64,000 nt of DNA from Candidatus Brocadiia bacterium (lineage in GTDB: Bacteria; Planctomycetota; Brocadiia; SM23-32). Location: contig JBKHIT010000020.1 of assembly GCA_046538485.1 (NCBI GenBank), positions 14,047 through 78,046 of the forward strand, given 5' to 3'. This document shows, in pieces, positions 10,230 to 19,494 of this stretch; the stretch's first letter is position 1, and each line of letters opens with the position of its first letter. A model generated the notes under the pieces. It searched no databases. It saw only the letters and a list, made by a program, of their open reading frames with translations, and had not been told where the DNA came from. A program made the position numbers and the translations under genes.

Positions 10230-12278
10230 TCACTCCTCGGCCAGGGTCTCGGGGAGTTCGTCCGCGACAACTGAATAAACGTGACACCGTTTCAACTCGC
10301 AGGTCTCTCCCCCACGTAACTTTTCCCCGGTTGTCACGTCTGTCACGTCACCTGAGAACCGGACCTCTCGGTCCGCAAAATTCCAGATGGTGGCCCGCTC
10401 ACCTACAGCATCGTGCCAGATTACAGCCTGACCGTCCTCCTGCAAAAAACGCCTGTGCATGAACGGACGTTGCTCGTAGTAAGTATTCAGAAGACGTTTG
10501 TGTTCCTCACTGAAGAGCTCGTCGATCCGAAACTCATCGTAGAACAACCGATGCCCGGGCTTGGTCATGTGACCCAGGATCCTGGCGTACTGTTCCGCCG
10601 GCCAGGGCCTTGACCGCCGTTTCTCCTGCCCGGTCGGAATGGTCGTATAACCGGTCCCCATGCAGATTTTGTAGCACGCAAAAAGGTTCTCCATGTTGTA
10701 GCTCTCCGGACAACCATGCTGGGGTTCACCGAACGGACCGAGCGATTCAATCATAAAATGCACGTCCGCATCCTGCAGCTCTTTCAGCGCCGCCAGCGTT
10801 CCTTTCCACTGCGTGGTAGGACGACACTCGCTGTAATCGACGGGCATGAAACCGAGGTTGTAGAAACTGTCGAACAGGTAGGCTTTCAATCCGGTCTCAC
10901 GGCGAATTCGCTTGAGACTTTCGACCCAGTATTCTCGTGGTCCTTTTTTGCTGAAGTTTAGAATGCTCATGACGTTTGTGTAGGCGCCACCGTATTTCAG
11001 GCGCGAATCCTCCATCCGCACGAACCACCCCCTGTCATCACGCTCACTGTCATTGATCGGGCTCGACAGCGCCTGATCGTTGTTGGTCCATGAGAACGGT
11101 GTTATTCCGGCCTCCTCGCAGCGGTCGACGAACTCTTGGAGTTTGTCGCTGCCCCCCAGCGACGGCGCCGGCTCGTATTCATGTCCGCAGCACATGTTCC
11201 AGTGAAACTCGCCGGGATTCGGACAATCTTCGGTGTATGCGGACTTGTTGACGTTATCGATGAACAGCGTCCGCGCACCTATATTCTTTGCCGCCGGGAG
11301 GAGGTCTTCGTAATAGGTATCGATCGTAAAATCTTCCCAGTAATTCATATTGAGCCGCGGGAGAATCGGCTCTTCTTCAAGTCCGAACTGTTCCCTCGCC
11401 TCATCTGCCACAATATCAAAGGTCCAGGTCCAGAGATTCCGCTGATCGGTCTCCGTCTTCGGTTCGGTATTCAGAAGTATCTTTTTAGGAGACGTCGAAT
11501 AGCGGCAGGTTTCGTCGAAAATGTGTTTGTCGAAAGTCTTCAGTTCCGCCTTCTCTGGCTCCCGTTTGAGCAGCGACCGAATCAGGTCGACCCTTTCGTA
11601 AACCCCCAGCAAAGTAGCATCCCCTTTGAACTGAAAATCGAACGCCTGATGGGAGGCCCATCGCGGCAGATTGTGCGTCATGACGGGATTCGTTTTGCTG
11701 TTTTCATCGTCCCAGTGGATGATTCCTTCCGTGGTCCAGGCGGTGTCGTCCTCAAACTCGACCACTGGATCCGAGCACGACGACTGGTTGTAGACCGTCG
11801 CCCCACAAATTTGTCCACCCAGCTCCCAGCTGCTCCTGTCCATCAGCCAGAAGAGCCCGACGTCGTCGCTGCGGTATTCGTAGTGGTAACGAAAACCCCC
11901 GAACCCGGTCCCGTAGACGTCTTGCGCTGCCGGCTGAAGCACGAGTGCCAGATTGCCCACCCCGGCGATCGACTCCACGTCCCAGTCGTCCGTATCGTGG
12001 ATCGGATCGAAACTGTGATCTCGCATCAGTTTCGTCATAAGCGGTCGGAACCGCACTGTGGTTTGCACCCGGACCTCATCATCCTCGATCTGCACCTCAT
12101 CGAGATCCAAGCGACACAGTTCCAGGCCGCTGAAAGTCTGCGAATAGACGTCCATGGGAAGACGCCCGGACCGCACTTTCCGGCCATCGATGGTAATCTC
12201 CCCGAGACCGAGGTAACGATCTTTTTCGGAAAGGATTTCAATCCGAGAGTTCCCGACATTCACAACCTGCGAATTCAT
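10230..12278 (-). CDS. Cytoplasmic hypothetical protein with probable glycoside-hydrolase-like TIM barrel
   Basis: LGGSDKLQEFVDRCEEAGI and GLKAYLFDSF resemble amylase-clan/GH-like motifs; no signal peptide. Confidence 0.5.
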   Translation of the reverse strand: MNSQVVNVGNSRIEILSEKDRYLGLGEITIDGRKVRSGRLPMDVYSQTFSGLELCRLDLDEVQIEDDEVRVQTTVRFRPLMTKLMRDHSFDPIHDTDDWDVESIAGVGNLALVLQPAAQDVYGTGFGGFRYHYEYRSDDVGLFWLMDRSSWELGGQICGATVYNQSSCSDPVVEFEDDTAWTTEGIIHWDDENSKTNPVMTHNLPRWASHQAFDFQFKGDATLLGVYERVDLIRSLLKREPEKAELKTFDKHIFDETCRYSTSPKKILLNTEPKTETDQRNLWTWTFDIVADEAREQFGLEEEPILPRLNMNYWEDFTIDTYYEDLLPAAKNIGARTLFIDNVNKSAYTEDCPNPGEFHWNMCCGHEYEPAPSLGGSDKLQEFVDRCEEAGITPFSWTNNDQALSSPINDSERDDRGWFVRMEDSRLKYGGAYTNVMSILNFSKKGPREYWVESLKRIRRETGLKAYLFDSFYNLGFMPVDYSECRPTTQWKGTLAALKELQDADVHFMIESLGPFGEPQHGCPESYNMENLFACYKICMGTGYTTIPTGQEKRRSRPWPAEQYARILGHMTKPGHRLFYDEFRIDELFSEEHKRLLNTYYEQRPFMHRRFLQEDGQAVIWHDAVGERATIWNFADREVRFSGDVTDVTTGEKLRGGETCELKRCHVYSVVADELPETLAEE

Positions 12279-12367
12279 TGTCTGGTCCTTCTGTCTCGCT
12301 GTTGGGTTTAAGGCAAGATTACGTCTCGTCCGTTCAGAGATCGGTCGTCTGGTCAGATCTTATTCCG

Positions 12368-12412
12368 TCCGGGTCTTTCAACCCGGTTCACAGGCTGGAG
12401 AGCCTGTGCCAC
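12368..12412 (-). repeat. REP element, copy 3 (GTGG variant)
   Basis: tccgggtctttcaacccggttcacaggctggagagcctgtgccac, just downstream of the 2031-aa gene. Confidence 0.8.
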
Positions 12413-12433
12413 ATGCGTACTTCACATCATTTA

Positions 12434-15400
12434 TCAATCGTACAACTCGATTTCCGACAGGCCATGAGGATTTCCCTGGCCGCCGAAAACGAAAACCGCG
12501 AGTTCTTCTATCGGTCTCTCATTCAGTTCAAAAACACGGAAAAACTGGTCGTTCGGATACACTCCCGCCAGAGCACAGCGACCGCGGGTCGTCCATTCGG
12601 CGGCATGCCGTCGTCCCTGTTTGAACTGATTTTTCAGCCGCCCGATCACGGCAATCCCACGCATCACTTTCGATTGCGTGAGCGTCCGCCCGTAGGTCAC
12701 ACAGATCTTCGGTTCGGCCCGGTAGCTGAGATCAATGACAATCCGCGATCCCATCTTCGTGATGAACCGATCCACCCGGCCCGCTGTCCACGGCTCCGGA
12801 CGTCCTTCCAGAAAATGTTTGCCATCGAAAGTATGGAGAGGATTCCCGGCCGCGGTGAAATACGGGCCCTGCACTCTATCAGGATCTATGTTGTTGCTGT
12901 AGATATTGACTTCTTTCATCTTCCCTCTTACCCCATCGGCAACGGAACTTGAATCATCCACATCCAGCACGGTCAGGTCCCGGTCGAGGTTGCCTTCGGC
13001 CCCGGGTCCGACAAAACCGCCCTCTTTGCCCATATCCGTGCTGGGCGGCTGGACGTACGCGCTGTTCACCCCGGGAAAACGCAGCGTGTAGACGTCCAAT
13101 AGGGCAATCTTCAGTTTCCCGCCCGGCTTAACATTTACTTCCAGAGGTTCCGCGAGAAGAGCAGGCAAACAGACCTCCCGGTATTCCCAGGTGGGCAAAT
13201 CCAGCACAAATGTCCTCGCCTTGTCCCCCTGTCTGAGCGTAACTTTCGTTGTCCCTTCGTGGCGATAGCGCAATCGCACGACAAACGGTCCCCTCTTTTC
13301 AACTTGCAGTTTCACCGTGTGGTCCACCGGATGAAACGTCTGGCCATAAATTTTCTCACCGTCGGCTTCAGCAGTCCACGAAGAAATGCGTTTGGAACCG
13401 TATTTTTTCAAAATGTCGATCGTCTGAGGCGGTCGGTACCGTTCGGGTCCTGAAAATGTCATTTTTCCACTCGACAAATCTTTGGGCGGCAGTTCGCGGG
13501 AATTCACCCGCCGGGTTTTGTCTCCTTCGGGATTGACAAACAAAAGATCTCCCGCCCCTTCACCAACAACAAATCCGTCTGCCACGCGACCGACCCGGCC
13601 GTCAGCACCATCAGTCTCGAGCTCCCAGAGCTGCTCGCCACCGGTCGAATAACATTGCACGATACCATCCACATCGCAGATACAGAAACGATCGCCGCTC
13701 CATCCCAGAGTCGCGTCCGAGAGGTCCGGCACATCCAGTCGGTATTTCTCGTTCCCATCGGCATCGGTAACGAGAACCGTTTTTCTGCCGGCGAAGAGAA
13801 CCGTCGACTCGTCCCGCGAAACTTCCAGTGCCACGGGATCCGGCAGACGGTCCCGCGTGGTAAGCTCTCGCCCGCGCAACTGGATTTGTTCCAGTTTCTG
13901 GCCTTTTGCGCCAAAAACCAGGACATCGTGGTTGAAATTAAACAGGAAGACTCGCCGACCACTGTCTGTCACACGCAATTTGCCCTGAGCCGCAATGGAA
14001 TAATCGTCAAGAACTTCCGCGTCCACACGCCACAGCGTCTTCCCCTCCTTCAGGTCGACCATTTGCAGGGCCGAGGCATAGGGGATGTCCCAGGCCTGGC
14101 CCATATTGCCGTGTCCGACGGGAAAAGTGGCGGACGAATACGCCAGATATCGGCTGTCCGGGCTGAATCCGACGCCGGTGGCACAAAGGGGCGCGCGGAC
14201 ACGTTCGGAGAACAGCGAAGTATCCCTGCGGTCGCGAAATATCCTGTAACGTCGCGCAGCAAAATCGTAGAGGAAAAAGCCGCCTCCCATCTCGGCTGCG
14301 AAATAACGTTTCCCGTCCGGAGAAGGCGCGAAAGCGTATTCCCACGCATGGATCACGTTGTCCTGTCCGGCAAATTTCTGGGGCGGTTCGAATCCATTCA
14401 TCGTCCCGTTTTTCACATCAACCGTTCGGATCCGTGCTCCCCAGGCTGTCGGGAAATGCCATGCCGCGTGGCGAGATAGAATCTCTTTGGAGCCGCAGAA
14501 GAATTTCCCTCCATTCACGATATTCAGGCCGACATCGCCGCCGGGGCGCTCGAAAGCCGTGGTTTTCCCGTCGGGCGACACCGCCACAACCCGGTCCTCC
14601 ACAACAGCCGCCGTCCAGCCGTCGCGCGACGTCAGCAGCTCTTTGCACCTGGAGGGCGGAACGAATTCGGCCAGCGGCCTGACAAACTGAACGGGTTCTG
14701 TCCCCTTTGTCTGGCCATCGGCTCTGGCCGTTGCCAGATCGGAAGGTTGCGCCTGAGGCAAGTCTTTCCTTTTTGATTTGATCTCGTCCAGAAGTCGGCT
14801 GACGCCTTTACGCGCACCTTCGGCATCGCGGGCAACAACCGTGAGCGCATCGCAACCGGCCCAGAACGGACTCATGGTCACCTCAATGAGAGCCTGGCCG
14901 CTCCCGGGGGTATTGCGGGTTCTCATGTAGCGCGAGACGGGACTGAGACTTTCCGAAATACGTCCACCGGAGAACATTACCACGTGAGTGCGTAGAATGT
15001 AGTTGGGCCGGATATCGCGCCACCCCCCTCGTTCGACAATGTGGCGTCGATGTTTTTCGTCGATGTACGGTTCCATGTGCCCCCGGTAGCCCACCACTTC
15101 ACCCGCATCAATTTCCTCCAGCAGTTCTTTATCTTCGCTCCGCGGCAGCCAGCGCAGAGGCAGTGTGTCGTACATGCTAGCCCGCACCCGCTGAATTTCC
15201 GCTTCTCGTCCTATCGCTTCGAACGCCTCCACTATCTTCCGTGCCTCCGGCCAATAATCGGTCTGCGTATTCTCCACCACAACACGGATTTTGCCCTCAC
15301 CATTGATAAATTCCGGGACGCGTTGAGGATGCGGCAAGAAGACATCGTCTCCCGGTTTCGCCGCGGCCACATTCTCTGTTGGCGTCAATTTAACTTTCGC

Positions 15401-18400
15401 TTCGGCTTTTAATCCGCCGATCAGTTCCGTCGCGACCACTCTGTAAGTTCCGGCCGGATCGTTTTCGGCGCTCCGGTAGCGGAGCGGTTTACCGGAAAGG
15501 CGGTAGAAGATTGCACGCTGCTCGCCGCGACTGTCCGTAACCTCGTATCGAATGGGAATGCGGACCGGTTTTTTGTCACCGGGAAAGGGATTTTTCGCCG
15601 CAAATTCGATTTCTTCTCCGGCCCGCGCTCCGTGAGGATGTTCCAGCACAATTTCGTCAATTTCCTCGGGCAGCAAAGCAAGCAATGCGGCCGGCGTGCG
15701 AACAAGATCCACCGTCACGGCCTCATCGCGCACCGGTATCTCCTGCCCCGTGACCAGATCAACGACGTGCGCGGCCTGATTCACCTCCACTTTGACGTCT
15801 TCAACGGGTTCAAAACGAACATCGGGAGCCGTCAAAGGTGATGAAATGACCGCAACATAGTTCAGACCTCCGGAATCGACGGGAATTATGAGGGCTTTTT
15901 CAGGAGCCGCTCCGTTCCGGGGTTTAAGCCCGAAGGCTCTCATTGTTTTTTCCAGTGCGGAGCGAACCTTTTTAAACTCCTTCCAGAAATCCAGACGCGC
16001 GCGAAAACCGCCGATATCCCAGAGTTGTTTTAGAGAAACGTCCGCCCGCAAACAGCCTATTCCCTCGAGCAGCAACGTATCTTTGCCGACAACTGCAATC
16101 TTACCCCCGCGACGGCGGAACGCGGCGAGTTCTTTCTCGCATTCCGCACTGAAAGGCAGACGGAGATTGGGGATAAGAATGGCTTTGACTCCATCTGGGA
16201 CGCCGGACTCCTCAATCGTTTTCTCCGAGACAACTACCGGTGCGTAGCCGAGTCGCATCAGATGACTGTGCAGTGCATGCGTGTGATAAAGCACTCGGCT
16301 TTGCAGTTCGTTGAACAGGACAGCCACCGTACGGTCGGGCTGGAAATTCGTCGCGATCGACCCGTATTGCTGGAGAAAATGGCAGATGGCCGAGCGTCTG
16401 GCATTGTCGCGCCGTGCTGCCGGTCCGCGCATCGGTATCCCGATCCCTTCCGCGCCACGCGAGAGCGCGTAAATCGCATCTGCGCACTGCGCTGGCTCGG
16501 GTTGCCAGCCTTCCACTGTAAGCCAAACTGGTTTCCCGGTGATATTTCCGTGACACCAGTCGACGGTGAACCCCGAACTCATCGGCCAGTCGCCGAAATC
16601 CGTGTAAGACTCGAACGACATCGCATCGTGTGCGCCGCCCAGATGGCGCAGGAGTTTGCCCCCGTCGTGACCGGCGTTCTCGTGGGTGGTCGCAATGAAA
16701 TCACTGTCGACCTGCCAGAGCTCGCGGTTGTAATGTTCGAAACTCTCGCGCCAGCCGATACGCTGCTCGGCTCGTCGGTACTCTCGCCACCTGCGGACAA
16801 GTTTCTCATCTTGCAAAGTCCGCTGTTGCAACGATCGAATTTCTTTCCGAGAAAGGGGAGTGAGCCCGGTGCGCTCACGGATCTTTTTCCGCAAAGCGCG
16901 CATCCGATCGTCGAAATACGGATCCGTCACGATCACGGTTCCTTCCGCGTATCCCCCCAGACGCGGGAACCAGGTATAGGTCAGGCCCAGCTGGGCGGGA
17001 AAATCTTCGAACTCCTGGGCGAAAATCTGCGTGCGACGCACCATCCGATCGACGCTGGGCTGATAACTGTGATGAAATGCCAATCCCTCGAAAGAAAAAC
17101 CATATCGACGGTTCTGATAGTCCACGGTGCCCACCCCGTGACGGAGCATGTTTTCCAGCATTCGCTCGTCCTCCCCGAGCCCCAGACTCAGTTCCGTCGG
17201 CGCACCGTCGGCAACGTCGCGCTTCTCACGCCCCCGATGGGGACGACTGAGCACCCCATGGTGACCGAGTTGTGTCACGGACTCGATACCGGCATTCTGC
17301 AGCACTTCCAGACCGGCCGGGTCAAGGGTAAAATCGGCTTTGTTGCAACACGCCGTTGAGTGCAAAAAAAGCGGGGTCGTTTTCGGATTTTCGACAATTT
17401 CGATCCGCAGGCCGCGACACTCTGGATGGTCGAGTTTAATGGTGTATTGCGCAGGACGAAGCCGTCCGGTATCGAGCAGAATTCGGCGCGCGTCATTTTT
17501 CTCCGATGGCGTAAGCTTGAGCGTTCCGACAGTGATTTTTTGACCACCGGACTGTGCGAGGACATTCAACTTGCCAGTCTCTTCCATCTTGCCATAGATG
17601 ACATTCAGGAGGACGGTTTCTCCGCGCTGGAACACCCGGCGTCCCGTCCGCGATACCACCCACATTCCCTGCACCGGTTTGGGTTTCTGGGATTCAGCCG
17701 GTTGAACCGTTTTGTAGAACGTCCCCTTTTCGAACCGTTCTTTCCCCGTCAGGGGCTGGACTTTCCCGGTTGCCGTAATCTCGAAGTTGCCCAGACTCGA
17801 CTCGTATTTGAAGCCACGTGGAAGGTACATCGTCAGCGGCACGTATGCCGCACTGCGGTGGCGTCCCTGTCGATCGGTCACCAATTTATGGAGCAGATTC
17901 GTACCTTTGCGTCGGAGGGTCAGCCCGCGGAGCGGGACGAGCCGTTTGGTACCTTTCACTCTCGCAGCGAACGTCACGGGAACGGTATGAATTTTGAGTT
18001 TCGAGCCTCCTACGGTGGTGGCCGGGTGGCGGGTGGAAGCCTTCCCGTTGATACGGAATTCGATACCGAAAGGCTGGATGGCGTAGTTTCCCGGCGGGAG
18101 GTCCGCCGAGCATGATGCCTGATAGTGAGCGTGAGGTGCTTTATGCTCGTTTTCCCCGCAGTAGATCTTCACGGCATCGTCGCCCACGTCGGGGCCCTGT
18201 TCGATCCCCCCGCCCGCGGTGAAGAGTTTTTTCCCGGCCAGTGTGAAAACGCGGGGAAACTCTCGGGCACTCACCTGTCCGGGGATGGATCGCAGGAACC
18301 TGTCACCTTCGATCGATTCTCCGTCGGGCCCCACGAGCACAAATTCATAATCCCCTTTGCCCGTGGCCTCCTGCAACTCCTCGTCCAAAAGATCCCCGAA

Positions 18401-18529
18401 TGGATCTTCCTGGCAGATAGCGCTACCGGCCGACAGGGATAAACACAGCAGGACGGTCAGAAATATCCTCCGGGCGTGAGAGCACGTTTCCACGCGCGCA
18501 GAAAGAATATTGGATATGCAATTCCGCAT
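12434..18529 (-). CDS. 2031-aa secreted multidomain protein: GH-like barrel, GH42-type trimerisation-like, Ig-like and WD40/PQQ-like beta-propeller domains; paralogue of 24708..27755
   Basis: Signal peptide; collinear motifs with the 1015-aa protein; propeller repeats SPDGK, FSPDSRYLA, TGGEQLWE. Confidence 0.65.
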   Translation of the reverse strand: MRNCISNILSARVETCSHARRIFLTVLLCLSLSAGSAICQEDPFGDLLDEELQEATGKGDYEFVLVGPDGESIEGDRFLRSIPGQVSAREFPRVFTLAGKKLFTAGGGIEQGPDVGDDAVKIYCGENEHKAPHAHYQASCSADLPPGNYAIQPFGIEFRINGKASTRHPATTVGGSKLKIHTVPVTFAARVKGTKRLVPLRGLTLRRKGTNLLHKLVTDRQGRHRSAAYVPLTMYLPRGFKYESSLGNFEITATGKVQPLTGKERFEKGTFYKTVQPAESQKPKPVQGMWVVSRTGRRVFQRGETVLLNVIYGKMEETGKLNVLAQSGGQKITVGTLKLTPSEKNDARRILLDTGRLRPAQYTIKLDHPECRGLRIEIVENPKTTPLFLHSTACCNKADFTLDPAGLEVLQNAGIESVTQLGHHGVLSRPHRGREKRDVADGAPTELSLGLGEDERMLENMLRHGVGTVDYQNRRYGFSFEGLAFHHSYQPSVDRMVRRTQIFAQEFEDFPAQLGLTYTWFPRLGGYAEGTVIVTDPYFDDRMRALRKKIRERTGLTPLSRKEIRSLQQRTLQDEKLVRRWREYRRAEQRIGWRESFEHYNRELWQVDSDFIATTHENAGHDGGKLLRHLGGAHDAMSFESYTDFGDWPMSSGFTVDWCHGNITGKPVWLTVEGWQPEPAQCADAIYALSRGAEGIGIPMRGPAARRDNARRSAICHFLQQYGSIATNFQPDRTVAVLFNELQSRVLYHTHALHSHLMRLGYAPVVVSEKTIEESGVPDGVKAILIPNLRLPFSAECEKELAAFRRRGGKIAVVGKDTLLLEGIGCLRADVSLKQLWDIGGFRARLDFWKEFKKVRSALEKTMRAFGLKPRNGAAPEKALIIPVDSGGLNYVAVISSPLTAPDVRFEPVEDVKVEVNQAAHVVDLVTGQEIPVRDEAVTVDLVRTPAALLALLPEEIDEIVLEHPHGARAGEEIEFAAKNPFPGDKKPVRIPIRYEVTDSRGEQRAIFYRLSGKPLRYRSAENDPAGTYRVVATELIGGLKAEAKVKLTPTENVAAAKPGDDVFLPHPQRVPEFINGEGKIRVVVENTQTDYWPEARKIVEAFEAIGREAEIQRVRASMYDTLPLRWLPRSEDKELLEEIDAGEVVGYRGHMEPYIDEKHRRHIVERGGWRDIRPNYILRTHVVMFSGGRISESLSPVSRYMRTRNTPGSGQALIEVTMSPFWAGCDALTVVARDAEGARKGVSRLLDEIKSKRKDLPQAQPSDLATARADGQTKGTEPVQFVRPLAEFVPPSRCKELLTSRDGWTAAVVEDRVVAVSPDGKTTAFERPGGDVGLNIVNGGKFFCGSKEILSRHAAWHFPTAWGARIRTVDVKNGTMNGFEPPQKFAGQDNVIHAWEYAFAPSPDGKRYFAAEMGGGFFLYDFAARRYRIFRDRRDTSLFSERVRAPLCATGVGFSPDSRYLAYSSATFPVGHGNMGQAWDIPYASALQMVDLKEGKTLWRVDAEVLDDYSIAAQGKLRVTDSGRRVFLFNFNHDVLVFGAKGQKLEQIQLRGRELTTRDRLPDPVALEVSRDESTVLFAGRKTVLVTDADGNEKYRLDVPDLSDATLGWSGDRFCICDVDGIVQCYSTGGEQLWELETDGADGRVGRVADGFVVGEGAGDLLFVNPEGDKTRRVNSRELPPKDLSSGKMTFSGPERYRPPQTIDILKKYGSKRISSWTAEADGEKIYGQTFHPVDHTVKLQVEKRGPFVVRLRYRHEGTTKVTLRQGDKARTFVLDLPTWEYREVCLPALLAEPLEVNVKPGGKLKIALLDVYTLRFPGVNSAYVQPPSTDMGKEGGFVGPGAEGNLDRDLTVLDVDDSSSVADGVRGKMKEVNIYSNNIDPDRVQGPYFTAAGNPLHTFDGKHFLEGRPEPWTAGRVDRFITKMGSRIVIDLSYRAEPKICVTYGRTLTQSKVMRGIAVIGRLKNQFKQGRRHAAEWTTRGRCALAGVYPNDQFFRVFELNERPIEELAVFVFGGQGNPHGLSEIELYD

Positions 18530-18668
18530 TGGTTACTCCTTCGCCTTTCTAATTTCAGGCCTACCAGTGGTGTTTTGCCAGCGCCGTTTTTATTTAGTGC
18601 CGAGCCACTGCAACTCTCACAAGCCTTATGCCTCAAAATACTTCTCGTATAACTGCTCAGCTTCCGCA

Positions 18669-19457
18669 TCACTCCTGGATGCACCCGAAGTCTATCGGGG
18701 CCGCGACCCCACGCGCACTGTAGTCGACGCACAGAACATTGGCTCTGTTGTTGTGTCGATACCGCGCACCGGTCGACACTCCCCACCAGTAGTATGTGCA
18801 GTCACCGGTAATGGCAAAGTCATGAGATGAGACGGATGTGCCATCCGACCGTTTGACAGGTGCAGAGCTGAAAAAAGGCCGCGACATGTACCACTCCCCG
18901 CTCGCCCCCGAACTGGCATCAGGAAGAAAAGGATCCAGATCTTCAAACTGGTTCAAATCCTCACGGGCGGGACTTCTGAAACCGTAATAATAGGTCGTCC
19001 ACATGCCGATCCCATAGTCCATGTGCTTGCTGTTCGCTCCCAAAAGCCCCAGGCTGTCCCGGCGTCTGAGACCTGACGACGTATTCACAAGAGCCACCGA
19101 AGGACACTTAAAAAAAGGACAATAGGATATCGAACTCGTCTCATATTGCTGCCCGGCCCCTCCGGATCCGGTGTATCCGTTAGCCGGAGCCCCCCGGACC
19201 AATTTTTTATACGGTTCCCAAATGTAGCGTCCAAGACCTTCTGGAAATGGATAGGTAAAGCATGTCGGCACAAATTCAGCGTGGTCGGAAGCGAACGAAT
19301 TAAAACCGTACCCTTGCTGATGCAGCCGATTGATACAAAGAACCGCTCGGGCTGATTCTCTCGCCTTTTCCAGCGCCGGCATCAGCATCGCCGCCAGAAT
19401 GGCAATGATCGCTACGACAACCAGCAATTCAATAAGTGTGAAACCTTTTCTCGACAT
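18669..19457 (-). CDS. DUF1559-type prepilin-leader protein
   Basis: [26 protein letters not shown]-term RHNNRANVLCVDY (H-X9-D, G to Y). Confidence 0.9.
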   Translation of the reverse strand: MSRKGFTLIELLVVVAIIAILAAMLMPALEKARESARAVLCINRLHQQGYGFNSFASDHAEFVPTCFTYPFPEGLGRYIWEPYKKLVRGAPANGYTGSGGAGQQYETSSISYCPFFKCPSVALVNTSSGLRRRDSLGLLGANSKHMDYGIGMWTTYYYGFRSPAREDLNQFEDLDPFLPDASSGASGEWYMSRPFFSSAPVKRSDGTSVSSHDFAITGDCTYYWWGVSTGARYRHNNRANVLCVDYSARGVAAPIDFGCIQE

Positions 19458-19494
19458 CTGATCCTCCCCAAAAAAGAATAGAATCGAAGGATTT

